In this document: in pieces, positions 25,330 to 38,429 of the stretch | Numbering within the stretch: the stretch's first letter is position 1 | Layout of the letters: each line of letters begins with the position of its first letter | Source of the DNA: Antedon mediterranea | Taxonomy: Eukaryota > Animalia > Echinodermata | Length of the DNA: 64,000 bases | Assembly (NCBI RefSeq): GCF_964355755.1 | Contig: NC_092672.1 | Coordinates: forward strand, 17,373,237-17,437,236 | Direction of reading: 5' to 3' | Translations under genes and position numbers: made by a program | The notes under the pieces: generated by a model | What the model was told of the DNA's origin: nothing | Seen by the model: only the letters and a program-made list of their open reading frames with translations | Databases searched by the model: none

Positions 25330-25642
25330 GTGTGGTCGAGCGGTTAAGACAGTGGAACCGTAATTACGTAGCCATAACATCGGCAGGGGTTCGAGGCTCA
25401 CTCACTCCATGGTTCTGGTGGTAGAACGAGTCTTCTCGGATAAGGACTATAAACCGTAGGTCCAGTGTACACATCTAGCTCGTGTGCACTTTAAAGAACC
25501 TAGTACATCTTTCGAGACGAGTAGGGGGTTACCCCGGTGTATTAGTACATCACAGCCACTGATCACCAACTGGGCCCTCTGGGAGACCAGTCTTTGACTG
25601 AAGAGGTTACCCAGTATAAATATAAATTTCAATCAATCAATC
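25330..25642 (+). mobile_element. tRNA-derived SINE with Deu/Nin central domain
   Basis: A box GTGGTCGAGCGG, B box GGTTCGAGGC, an AmnSINE/DeuSINE-like core (from recall) and a (CAAT)n tail. Confidence 0.85.
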
Positions 25643-25850
25643 ATGTGAATTTCTTGAGAATCGAAAGTTCATTTCAGGTCAATTTTAAGCTATTGAACCA
25701 TTTTCATAGCCGACTTCTAAAAAAGACTCAACCAAGATTTAGTACTCTGATTTTTGTTCTACTGCTTGATAACATGACAGAGTTCATTAATAAAAATATT
25801 TCAAAGTTTAACTTGTATAGGAAAAAACAAAAAAAGTATTTTGTGTGGAG

Positions 25851-26313
25851 GGAGGTTTCGCAATGCTACGAATACGATAACTAAAACGGATATGTCATAC
25901 ACACATATTCGTTTTCGTAAGCCAGAAAAAATCTGTTTAGCATGGAAATAAAATATTGAGAGCACCGTCCAAAATCACTGTGGTAAATTTGAACAAAGTG
26001 CAGGTACGTGTTGCTTGGTGCTTGGCTGCTAGGCCTAGCATAACATCAAAGCAAGTGAGGACTTTAAAAACTGCTATTTATCAAAATTGACATGGCATTT
26101 TTAGTAAATTACTAAATAATTACTTACTTAATAAATTATCTATAATTAAATTATAATCAAGAATCATTCCTGATTCAATAAAAAATGTGCAAAACAGATC
26201 AAAAACTATACTCGTTTTGAATATGCTTTATGAATATGAAATAGGGATCAGCTCAAAAGTTTGACAAATGTGTGACCTATCCGTTTTTGTATTCGTAGTG
26301 TTGCAAAACCTCT
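25851..26313. mobile_element. MITE with imperfect TIRs
   Basis: GAGGTTTCGCAATGCTACGAATAC..AAAACGGATA versus TATCCGTTTTTGTATTCGTAGTGTTGCAAAACCTC. Confidence 0.65.
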
Positions 26314-26545
26314 CTGATATCAAATTTTCCTTTTTTATTGGAGTGGGAAAATGCCCAATTTATGTTTAGTCAATTTCTTACAAGACCTACAGTATAAAAT
26401 GTTAACAAGAGCAACCAAAAAAATTAAAAATGATCAAGCACTGATTTTATTTTTTATAAAAATACTGAAACAAAGTATAGGTCAAACGCACAAAAATATC
26501 ACAGACAAAAATATAGGAGGTAACATGAATTTAAATTTCAGTTAC

Positions 26546-26729
26546 CTTTGGCAGAGAATCTAGTACAAGACTCATCATTGCAGCATCTCCATATTGCTTG
26601 TAGGCAGCAGCTTTCATTCTCATCCTTTCTGCTTCTGCTTTACCAGTAGCTTCAATGGCTGAAGCTTCTGCTGCTCCCAACATCTTAATTTTCTCTGCAT
26701 CTGCTCTAGCTGCCAATACTGTGTGTGTT
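26546..26729 (-). CDS. FLOT2: Flotillin-2 exon (THTVLAARADAEKIK..KAAAYKQYGDAAMMSLVLDSLPK)
   Basis: TAG/GTAAC splice sites, 184 bp, phase compatible with both neighbouring exons. Confidence 0.96.
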
Positions 26730-26849
26730 CTATGTTTAAAGTTAAACATTTGTGACTTTAAATACTTTGTAGATATAGGCCTAGGAAATAAGCCTATTTG
26801 TAAAATGTACCTAGGTGGTACTTGGTAAACAGCAAGTTGAGCATCTTAC

Positions 26850-27064
26850 CTCATACCATCAGCTATTGTTTCTACTCTGTAAGATTCTGCTTCAGCTGGT
26901 CTTTTGATCGTAGCAATTAGTTCTTTCTCTTTTCTTTGGATTTCACGGGATTCAATGTCAATTAATTTGCGGCGCTCAACAACTTCAATTTCAACCTCTT
27001 CACTACGAATCTTCTGCTTTTCTTTAGCTGCTTGTAGTTCATATGCCAACTGGGCCTCTGCATT
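26850..27064 (-). CDS. FLOT2: Flotillin-2 exon (NAEAQLAYELQAAKEKQKIR..KRPAEAESYRVETIADGMR)
   Basis: CAG/GTAAG splice sites, 215 bp, flotillin coiled-coil domain. Confidence 0.96.
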
Positions 27065-27834
27065 CTGGGAAAAATTTAGGAAAAAAAAGTTAAAATAGTG
27101 GAGTTGCCTCTTTGTTTTCAAAGGTTTGTAAACTAAATATAGTACAGGAAAGATATGCTCAGAATCAGTAAAAGGTTGAAAAAATTGCAACAGAATTTTT
27201 TTCACCACAATGCATTTCTATAAGGTCCCTATATGAACATACGGTACTAAAAGTCTAGAAAAATCCAGGTAGGGGAAATAGGGTTTTTTTAACAAAATGG
27301 CCGCTGATGGCAAAAAATGTCTAAAAATTAACAAAAAACATATATTGTATATCTAATTACCACTTGATAATGATAGCAGTTTTTATAATGCTTTTTATAT
27401 TTCTTTAGTGTCAAACATTTAAACTGCAATTTACATATTAATTTAAGTGCTATTTAGCAGCACAAACACTCATTATATCAAGATATATCACCACGGTTAT
27501 AATAATAGACAACGTAGTCCTATGCATTATAATGCAGGATTACGGTGTCTAATAAAACAGTTCATTTACATGTGTACTGTCACAACAATAGAATTATACA
27601 ATCTTACAATCTATTAATCCATTTATTTTCATTGTCCAGTTATCATCCTCTGTCTATAGGTAGGAATTAAGCCTGTGCTGATGCCGTGGTATTCGTCATA
27701 AACAGTGGTACTGGTGGTAAATTTGTCATCAATGGACACATCACGCCATTTGTTACTTTCCATCCCCCAGTCTGTGGGTTGTGGTAATATACACGCAGGA
27801 AATGACATTTTGCAGCATTTGTTGTTGGGGGTAT

Positions 27835-29087
27835 CAGGGGTCCCAAGTCTACCGCTACTCGCGGTAGTCTACCGCTTTTAGTACCCACCTACCGCGCTAC
27901 CGCTATCTCGACGTTTTCTACCGCATTTTTATTTTTTTTACCGCATTTTCAAATTTCCCCATATTTTTGGCCAAATTGATTTACGGTTACACCCAGGCTC
28001 AGCCCAGGTCAACAATAGTCAATAACCAGACAAAAGTGAGGTAGGATGTTGAAACAATGTTTATTCATGCAGTCTCCGTGGTCTATTATTGTATTTTTAT
28101 TTGTATGCACTGCCTTTGTTAAACCGTAACAATAATATAAACACGGTACTACACGCCGGACGTACAAAAAAAGAAGTGTGCAACCAACCGTGAATCAATC
28201 ACGTGGTAACCGGAATACGCGATTATTAATTTTGGGAGGATCCAAGTTTTAACTAAATAAACGCTTTGATTACACAGTGGTTGAGACACGTTTTTAATAG
28301 TTATTACATTTTTAAACACCCTCATAATTAATGGACTCTACCAATGTTGATCCGCTGCAAAGAACAACTGATCGCACATCGCACGAGGTTGTTGAGGCAG
28401 TGTTTTATTTGGTTTTACTGTACGATCCGATAATACGAACATGTTAAATGGATTCGCCAAGCAAGTACTGTAGGCCTACGTTTAATAAAATTTACCTAAG
28501 ATTGTCGTAAGCTCTTTTGTTCAAACTTGTTATTTATAGCAATAATCCACCCGTTCCGGCATGCACGCTAGGCCTCCAGCCTAGGCCTACTCCTCGATCG
28601 ATGTCGCTGGTGGGGAATTTCCCAGCGATAAGAAAGACGGATTTGGAATAGTTTTTGGGTTTAAAAATGGTAGCTAGCTAGGGCCTAGAAGTAGAAGCCC
28701 TAGGCTAGGCCTGTGCCTAAAAAAAAATGAGTAAATTCTATTGGGCAATACTATCATGTGTAAATATTGTACATTATGTAATTAAGTTAAATTATGTTAT
28801 ATACTGAATTTTAGTTAAAATACAGTATATATTTTTAAAATTCTTTGTACTGAGGATGTATAAAAAAAAATAAGAATGTAAAAATACTGATGGATAAACC
28901 TATGTATGTAAAAATTAATGTGTAAATATTGTATATATATGTAACATATTTAGTTAATTAAGAGACGTAAAACGACACGCGTGTTGATTTTCGATTCCCC
29001 GCGCGTTGACTTTCGACGCCCCGACGAATTGAATGTGGTTCACGACAAAATCTCCTGCGAATGGACTTTCCCAAGTTGGGACCTCTG
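27835..29087. mobile_element. hAT-like non-autonomous element splitting the Academ ORF
   Basis: TIRs CAGGGGTCCCAA / TTGGGACCTCTG. The host ORF reads ..LEIKSIP|PTTNAAK across it. The TSD is degenerate. Confidence 0.7.
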
Positions 29088-29449
29088 GGGAATAGACTTT
29101 ATTTCAAGTGCTGTTTTGCTTTTTGCTACTTTCTCCCATAACGTATTCCTCCATACAGTATATAGCTACCAATGCCAATTCCTCTGATGCGATGGTTTCT
29201 TTTTTTTGGAGACGTTTGGTTTTACAGAGTTTGTAAACATACTACTGCCCAGGTGTTATGACTTTTTAAGACTAACACCTTTTCCTATACCAAATAGATG
29301 GGATGTAGTATCACTTCCCTGAATTCCATGTATAAAAAGCAAATTAATTTTACAGAGCTTCACACCAAGGAAAGACTTTACATGCATTCACAGTGCTCCT
29401 CCATCGAGAACTTTCGGTATTAAATCAATGAATGAAGCAACCGTGACGT

Positions 29450-29791
29450 GACAGAATACTAATTTAAGAGGAAAGAACATATTATTACACATGGGTGTAA
29501 TGTGGTAACATGTATAATCAAATAAAAATACCCTTTAGATATGAACAAATACAACACCATCATGTCATTCAGTGAATTCTATTACAAAATAGAAATGTGT
29601 TAAAATACAATATTGACGTGTATAATATGCATGTGGCGGGGCGGGGCGTACATTCGAGGAAATAAATTCAAAATGATGTCCGATGGGGGCGGGGGAGGGG
29701 GTGCAGTGGTGTAGGTTATTCCAAATGATGTCCTATGTGGGGCGTTTATTCGATTTTTCTAAATGTAGCGTTTATCCGAATAAATACGGTA
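29450..29791 (-). mobile_element. Tc1/mariner(pogo)-like MITE relic; related pieces at ~18885-19055 and ~39670-39870
   Basis: Terminus TACCGTATTTATTCGGATAAACGC; shared GAATAAACGCCC and TTTGTAGTAGAATTCA motifs. Confidence 0.45.
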
Positions 29792-30378
29792 ATAGATTGT
29801 AGTCCAGTGATGGCGCAAGGATTTTCCCGATGAGGGGGGTGGGGCGGGTAGCATTAATTTGCTGGGCCATCAATGGGAGCGCACCCAGAAGCCAGAAGTT
29901 CTGACAATATTATACCGGTAAAGGGGGGTAGTTTTAGTCACTTTTAAAAATGAAAATCCTTGAAACAGCACTCAATGGGGTATTGTTTTGAAATATCATC
30001 ATATTGTCTACAGATACTCCCAAAAATAGCCAATTGGGGAGAGGGGATGGGGGGCCGGACAGACTCCCCTCACCCTTCCCATATGATCTCCCATCCCTAT
30101 ACCCCTCTCCACTGGCATTTGTTTTTCGGCCATTTTCTAATTAACAGCACTTAAAATAATGTGTATATTGTAGTTCAGATCTTCGAAACTGTAAAGAAAT
30201 ATATAAACCATTGTAAAAACTGTTATAAAGTGGTAATTAGATCTATCTTTTATGTTTTTTTGGCCTTTTTTTAGGCATTTTCGCCATTGGCGGCAATTTT
30301 GTTTAAAAAAACCTATTTCCCCTACCTGGATTTTTCTAGAATTTTAATATGTTCATATAGGGACCTTATAGAAATGCA

Positions 30379-31327
30379 TAGACTTTTCCCAAGTCTGTAT
30401 ATCTTTTTTTTTTATTTATTTGTTTTTATTTCGACCGCGATTTTTGTCTGAAAATACAGACTTGTGAAACACGTATAGAAATCGATTTGCAGACCGCAAA
30501 CATCCGATAAGAATGACGTAGGTTATCATACCGTATTTGGCTATATGGGGCGGGCGGTATGTAAATATGGATTTCGAATCAACCAATGATCATTTTGTTT
30601 CAAAATGAAAAAGATCGAGACGTACGTACAGTGCTGAATGTACGATCGAGACTGTTGAAATAATAAAATCGTAATGCCAAGTTGTTTTGTTTATTAATTG
30701 TTTAGTCCTTGGCCTAGGCCTCTTTCGTAGGTCCCACTCAACTCGCACGCATGACCTGCCAAATAAAACGCCAATAAAGTAGCCCTACATACCACCACCG
30801 GCACACAACAGGGCTACACCACCACACAGAACGGGACAGGGTCTGGGTGGGAATTAAATCAAAATTATCTCCGCGTAATAAATGATCCATTGAATGTTTG
30901 ATTTGCGGAGAAGCTAGCCTATCATATCAAAACGAGTTTTCATGTTCTTGGGAAAAAATCCCATCCAATGTTTACCAGACTACTAGGCATATATATAGCC
31001 TTCAGAAACTTTCATAAATGTACCCAAGTACACATTGTCTAAACGTAACATAGCGCATGCGCATCATCTTAGTTGTTGAGTCTTTGAAATTCTGAAATAT
31101 GAATATTAAAACGGTGTACGAGTGAGTAGCCAATCGCATGCAGCTGAAACTAGTCAACCGGATAATCGTATGCACCAAGAATTCTTGGTGTCAAACCACG
31201 TGACTTGTGTGTGTTTCCCCAGATGGAGTATCTAAAATCAAGTAGTATACGTATGAAACGCCATATGTGCCAAAATATTTATCTTTTTACTAATATTAAG
31301 ACAAAACTCCGTCTGGATCCCAGACTA
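30379..31327. mobile_element. Non-autonomous DNA transposon with 9-bp TSD (AcademH-like) inserted in the Academ right TIR
   Basis: Perfect TSD AGAAATGCA (30370-30378 / 31328-31336) and TAG...CTA termini. Confidence 0.8.
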
Positions 31328-34300
31328 AGAAATGCATTGTGGTGAAATAAATTCTGTTGCAGTTTTTTCAACCATGTTTCATAGTTTTCCTGTACTAATA
31401 GGGAAAACTTCCAATTGTCTATTCTTGACAACTTGCTTTAAAGTAAATAATTAAAATTTTATTATAATTTTTAATATTAACATGGCGAGCAACCATCTTC
31501 CAGTATAAAAGTCTGATTCTCCGAAATAAAAGTCCCATTGTTTTGTAAAAACAATGCATTACTTCAAAAACATTTAAACCAGGTCATTCTTTGTCTTAAA
31601 AGTAAAATAAAATAATGTTGAATGTCCTCTCGTGGACGGTCTTTAGGGCTACCCTAGCTAGGCTTTGTAGACCTAGCTGGTAAACAGCAGTAACAATACA
31701 TACGAACATCATATACTACTAGCTATAGGCCTAGCCTGACGTTGTCTAGTTGCTGCGCCAGAAAGGGTTTACTATGTTAATTAGTTATCCGCTTGGTATA
31801 CCAAGCGGATAACTCCTTGTTATTGTATGAGATCAAAATTTTTGGTTATCCGCAACTTAGTAGTTGCGGATAACCCTTGTTATTGTAAATATCTTTTTTT
31901 TGGTTATCCGCAACGAAGTTGCAGGATAACCTCTTGTGATTGTATGAAATCATAATTAACATCAACTTTTTATTGGTTATCCGCAACGAAGTTGCAGGAT
32001 AACCTCTTGTGATTGTACGAATTCTGTATGATTTTTGTGTAACGCTTTTCTTTAAAACTCGCAAACATAACATTTCGGTAACTATCTTAACATATCGACA
32101 ACGTCGTCAAGCGAAGCTTTTCATGACGTTTACAATTGCGCAACGTGACTTCCGCGCGATTTAACGATTTTGTCGTATTTAACATAGCTCGACAACCAAA
32201 TAACATTTCCACTTGAAAATGTGCAAAAATTTAATTTATATCATGCGCTAACTTTCTGTTGAAAAAAAATTGCGTGTTTTACACAAAGTTACGCGCGCAC
32301 GCGCATTTAAAATTTAAAAATGCGCAAAATTAATTTATAATCAACTTTCTACGCGTTTCATGTCGTTTTAAGCATGTCAAAAATTCCCACGCGTGCGCAC
32401 ATTTTTACGTGTGCGGTGCGCACGTAGTATTGAAAACGTACTTTTTTCGCGTGATTTATATTTTTCCAGCCTTTTCTAGTAATTTTACCAAATTTTAAAC
32501 AATTTCGACTTAAAGATACGTCATACGAGCACGTCGAATTGGACAATTTGCGCGCGTTTTTTATGAAAAGGTTAAAAAATTCGTTTAAAATATGCCTTTT
32601 TTTAAACAGTCGTAATTTCTAAACTAGACGGTCAACTTTTTGTGGATGGCATATTCTGGAAGTAGATGAGTTGTAGATATCGGATCAGGTATTAATATGG
32701 CTAACCGGACATTGTGACGTCATCGTATGGCCACGCGAATATAAAATTTCGGATTTTTGTATCTTTCGTCATAGCTCATCACATTGAATAGAGCGCATCT
32801 CCACTTATCCGTTTTCCATTTTCACCCCGATTTTGATTTTGTCTAGGTCAATCAAGTATCTTTTGCATGAGTTAAAAATATTTTAATTTTTTTGACGTCA
32901 TCATGCCTAAAAATTTAAATCACGTGTGGCATTAATTTCATCTTTACAGTAAATTTTAATCTGTTATAGCTCGTAAGAATAAAATGTGATAATCACGATT
33001 AAAACGTTTTCTGGAAGCTATTAGATTGTAGATACAAAATCATGTAAAAATTTGGCAAATCGGATGTTGTGACGTCATCATATGGCCAGTTAAATAAAAA
33101 AAGTCGTATTTTCATATTTTGCGTCATAGTTCATTACATTTAAAAGAGCGCGCATTAATATTTTACGTATTAAAATTTCTTCTACACGTTAATATGTTGT
33201 TGCTGAGATAATTTCCTTCCGAAATTCCTATATCAGTGTTTCATTTTCATACCGTCACCATGTTAAAAATTGGAATAAATGACGGGACCCGTAATTTCGC
33301 CTATCCTACACTGTATTAATATGTATACAGATTATACTATGTATACTGTAAATAGTATATGACACAAAATATACAGCATTTAGCACTAACAACATATTAT
33401 ACTCTTCAGTTCATGTCAATATGCCATAATCTTTTTCTGTGTCCAATGTATGACGTGCACGTGGCGTTTGTCGTGCGGATAACTAACTCGTCAAAGTGAC
33501 GAGTTTCATGTCTAGTTCTTCTTTCTTTCCCGGATTTTTGTGACCAGCATATCTCTATTACTTGTGAACATAACTTTGTATAACTTGGTAAAATGATTGA
33601 CATTGAAGTGTAGATGTGCAGCCAAGCTTTTGGACGATGTCCTTGCCGCGTTGCGTAAGTTACGCGCAATTTTATGAATTTCTATAACTGATCATAACTA
33701 TAGAACCAACAAATATTCTTCCATGAACATTAGTGAAAATTTAAGTCATATCAAGGGCAAACTTTCTATGGATTAAAAATGGCATGTTTCACAAAAAGTT
33801 ACGCGCGCACGCGCATTTAAAATTTCAAAATGCGCAAAATTCATTTCTAATCAACTTTCTATGCTGATCATGACATTTTGAGCATGTCAAAAATTCCCAC
33901 GCGCGCGAAAAAAATTACGCGTAAGGTGCGCACGGAGCATAAAAATCATGTGTTTTTCTCTTGAATTATAATTTTACAGTCTTTCCTAGTCATTTTAAAA
34001 AAGATTGACATCATTTCAAATTACAATGACGTCATACGAACACGTTGATTTAGACAATTTGCGCGCATTTTAGTTGCAAAAGTGACAAAATATTGTCAAA
34101 ATTATGCCTATTTTTAATCTATTATAGCTCCTCAGGATCATCCATGACCCCAATTTTTTTAATTTGATATGTAAGCAGATTTGTTGTAGATATGAATTCA
34201 TGCAGAATATTTACCCCTCGGATGTTATGACGTCATCGTATGGCCACACGAATGTAAAATATAGGATTTTTTACTCTTTCGTTATTGCTCATCACATTAA

Positions 34301-37300
34301 ATAGAGCGCATCTCACTTTTACGTGCCCAAAATTCTTCAAATTTATTTTAATGTAAATTAGATAATTATCTTCTAAAATTGTTATCTTTATATGTCAATT
34401 TGATGACGTCATCGTGTTAATAATTGGATTTAAAAGATGGGTCTCGTAATTTTGTCTATGCTACACTGTATATAACATATACAGTTTATTCTGTAAAATA
34501 CTGTAATATGATGTATGCTATATAATAGGTACAATTCAGCACTGTAAACATATGTATTTCATGTCATAGGATGGCATAATAATTGTCGAGGTTCATATGG
34601 TTAAGTATGTGCATGTTGCGTTTGCGCGGATAACCCGAACTCGTCAAAGTGACGAGTTCAAATCTAGTTTTTTCTGTATTATTCTTCTTTCTTTCTGTAA
34701 TTTTTGTGTCACCCGTATCTGTAAAACTTGCAATCATAACATTTCGTAACTTTCTCAACATATCGGCATTCATATGAAGTTGTGCAGAAAAGCTTTTCAG
34801 CATGTTTACAATTGCGCAACGTGACTTACGCGCCATTTTATGAATTTCGCGTATTTAACATAGGTCAAAAACAAAATAACATTTTAAATTGAAACCTTGC
34901 AAAAGTTTAATTTATATCATGCGCTAACTTTTTGTTTAAAAAAAATTGCGTGTTTTACACAAAGGTACGCGCGCACGCGCATTTAAAATTTCAAAATGCG
35001 CAAAATTAATTTCTAATCAACTTTCTACGCGTTTATGCCATTTTAAACATGTCAAAAATTCCCAGGCGCGCGCAAATTTGTACGCGCGCGGTGCGCATGT
35101 AGCGTTTAAAACATATTTTTTTCGCGTGATTTATGTTTTTTCAGCCTTTTCTAGTTAATTTCCCAACTTTTAAACAATTTCGACTTCAAATTACGTCATA
35201 CGAGCACGTTGAATTGTACAATTTGTGCGCGTTTTTGATGAAAAAGTTCAAAAAATCGTAAAAATTATGCCATTTTTTAAACAGTCGTAATTTCTAAACT
35301 ACACGATCAACTTTTTGTGGATAACATATTCTGGAAGTTGATGAATTGTAGATATCGGATCATGTATTAATATGACTAACCGGATATCGTGACGTCATCG
35401 TATGGCCACGCGAATATAAAATTTAGGATTTTTGTATCTTTCGTCATAGCTGATCACATTTAATAGAGCGCATCTCCACTTATCCGTTTTCCATTTTCAC
35501 TTCGATTTTGATATTGTCTAGGACAATCAACTATCTTTGGCACGAGTTAAAAAAAAATTTATTTTCATGACGTCATCATGCCTAAAACTGTTAATTACGT
35601 GTGGCATTAATTTCATCTTTACAGTAAATTTTAATCTGTTATAGCTCGTAAGAATAAAATGTGATAATTACGATTAAAACGTTTTCTGGAAGCTATTGGG
35701 TTGTAGATACAAAATCACGTGAAAATGTTGGCAATCGGATGTTGTGACGTCATCATATGGCCAGTTAAATAAAAAATGTCATAATTAATTACATTTAAAA
35801 GACCGCGCATCAATATTTCACGTATTCAAATTTCTTCTACACGTTAATATGTTGTTGCTGAGATAATATCCTTCCGAAATTGCTACCTTCGCGTTACATT
35901 ATAAAACGGTCAACATGTTAACAATTGCAATAAATGACAGGTCCCAAAATTTCACTTATTCTACACTGAATGTAATATTTATACATATTATACTATATAT
36001 TATACTATGACAAAAAATTGACAGAATTTAGCACCAACATATCTTATTCTTCAGTTCAGGTCATAATGCCATAATTATGAGTTACATGTCTAGTTAGTTA
36101 TCCGCTTAGTAGCGGATAACTCCTTGTAATCGTCCTGTTACTTTTTTTTTTTTTTTTTTTTTCTTATTTCTTTCTCCCTCATTTTTGTGCCTCACGTATC
36201 TCAAAAACTTGTAAACATTAAACATTTCATAACTTTGTCAAAATATGGGCATTTACGTGAAGTTGTGCACCTCCTATTTTTTAATGACGTCAGAGTTGCG
36301 CAACGTGACTTACGTGCGATTTTATGATTTTTTATGATTGATCATAGACTAAAAACCAAGCATAAATTTGTTTTGACACTTTGTGAAAATTTAAGTCATA
36401 TCATGGGAAAACTTTTTGTGGATTAAAAATGCCATGTTTTACAAGACGTTACGCGCGCACGCGCATTTCTCCTCTACTTTTGTGTCTCGCGTATCTCAAA
36501 AACTTGTAAACATAACATTTCATAACTTTGTCAACATATGGCCATTCACGTGAAGTTGTGCACCTCCTATTGTGAATGACGTCAGAAATGCGCAACGTGA
36601 CTTACGCGCGATTTTATGAATTTCGCGTATTTAACATAGATTGAAAACCATATAACAATTTAAATTGAAACTTAGCAAAAGTTTAATTTATATCATGCAC
36701 TAACTTTCTGTGGAAAAAAAATTGCGTGTTTTACACAAAGTTACGCGCGCACGCGCATTTAAAATTCAAAATGCGCAAAATTAATTTTTAATCAACTTTC
36801 TACGCTGATCATGACATTTTGAACATGTCAAAATTTCCCACGCGCGCGAACAATTTTATGCGCGTGGTGCGCACGTAGCGCTAAAAGTATTTTTTTTTTT
36901 TTGAATTCTGTTTTTCCAGCCTTTTATAGTAATTTTACCAATTTTAAAACAATTTCGACTTACAATTACGTCATACGGGCACGTTGAATTGGATACTTTA
37001 CGTGCGTTTTTTATGAAAAAGTTAAAAAATTCGTCAAAATTATGCCTATTTTTAAACAGTCATAGATTCTAAACTACGACGACGTGGAGAACTTTTTTTT
37101 AATTACATAATCTGGAAGTTGATGAGTTGTAGATATCGGATCATGCATTAATATGGCTAACCGGACATTGTGACGTCATCGTATGGCCAAACGAATGTAA
37201 AATATAGGATTTTTGTCTCTTTCGTTATTGCTCATCACATTTAATAGAGCACATCTCCACTTATTCGTTGTCCATTTTCACCCCGATTTTAATATAATCT

Positions 37301-38429
37301 TGGTCAATCAACTATCTTTTGCATGAATTAAAATTTTTAAAATTTTTTTAACGTCATCATGCCTAAAAATTTAAATTACGTTGGTCATTAATTTTATCTT
37401 TACAGTAAATTTTAATCTGTTATAGCTCGTAAGAATAAAATGTGATAATCACGATTAAAACGTTTTCAGGAAGCTATTGTATTGTAGATACAAAATCATG
37501 TGAACTTTTTGCCAATCAGATGTTGTGACGTCATCATATGGCCAGTTAAATAAACAAAGTCATATTTTCATCTTTTGCGTTATAGTTCATTACATTTAAA
37601 AGAGCGCGCATTAATATTTCACGTATTCAAATTTCTTCTACACGTTAATATGTTTCTGCTGAGATAATTTCCTTCCGAAATTGCTACATTCACGTTTCAT
37701 TTTGAAACCGTCAACATTTTAAAAATTGGAATAAATAGCAGGTCCCGCAATTTCATCTATTCTACACTGTATGTGATATGTATACAGATTGTACTGTGTA
37801 TACTATATGACATAAAATAACAGAATTCAGCAATAACAACATATCATATTCTTCAGTTCAGGTCATAATGCCATCCCCATAAAAAATGAGATCGGGATCC
37901 CGATCGGGATGCGGTGGAATCCCACCGGGATCGGCTGATCCCGGTGGGATTAGACGATCCCACCGGGACGAACTCGGGATTTTTTTTTCGCAATATCGGG
38001 ATAGACGGGATTTTTGTAAGAATTGCGGGATTTTGTACGCAATATCGGGATCGTGTTTTTAGACTGCGGGATTTTGTACGCAACAACGGGATTGGCGGGA
38101 TTTTGTTTATAAAATTACGGGATTTTGTACGTAAGATCGGGATTTTGTACGCAACATCGGGATTTTGTACGCAACATCGAAATTGGCGGGATTTTGTTTA
38201 TAAAATTACGGGATTTTGTACGCAAGATCGGGATTTTATACGCAACATCGGGATTGGTGGGATTTTGTTTATAAAATTACGGGATTTTGTACGCAAGATC
38301 GGGATCGACAGGATTGTGTTTGTAGACACGGGATTTTGTACGCAACATCAGGATTGGCGGGATTTTGTTTGTAAACGTACGGGATTTTGTACGCAACATC
38401 GGGATTTTGTACGCAGTATTTTAATTTCA

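Larger units (their letters stand above)
27140..31397 (-). mobile_element. Academ-type DNA transposon relic with long TIRs and nested insertions
   Basis: TAGTACAGGAAA...TTTCCTGTACTA termini, 3-bp TSD ATA, ~300-bp imperfect TIRs. Coding relics: LLFIHGIQGSDTTSHLFGIGKG (~29270-29345) and IPPTTNAAKCHFLRVY..GWKVTNGVMCPLMTNLPPVP. Confidence 0.8.

Noticed and set aside
25330-25410. tRNA gene
   Set aside because: Only A and B boxes are present, with no clean cloverleaf; it is a SINE head.
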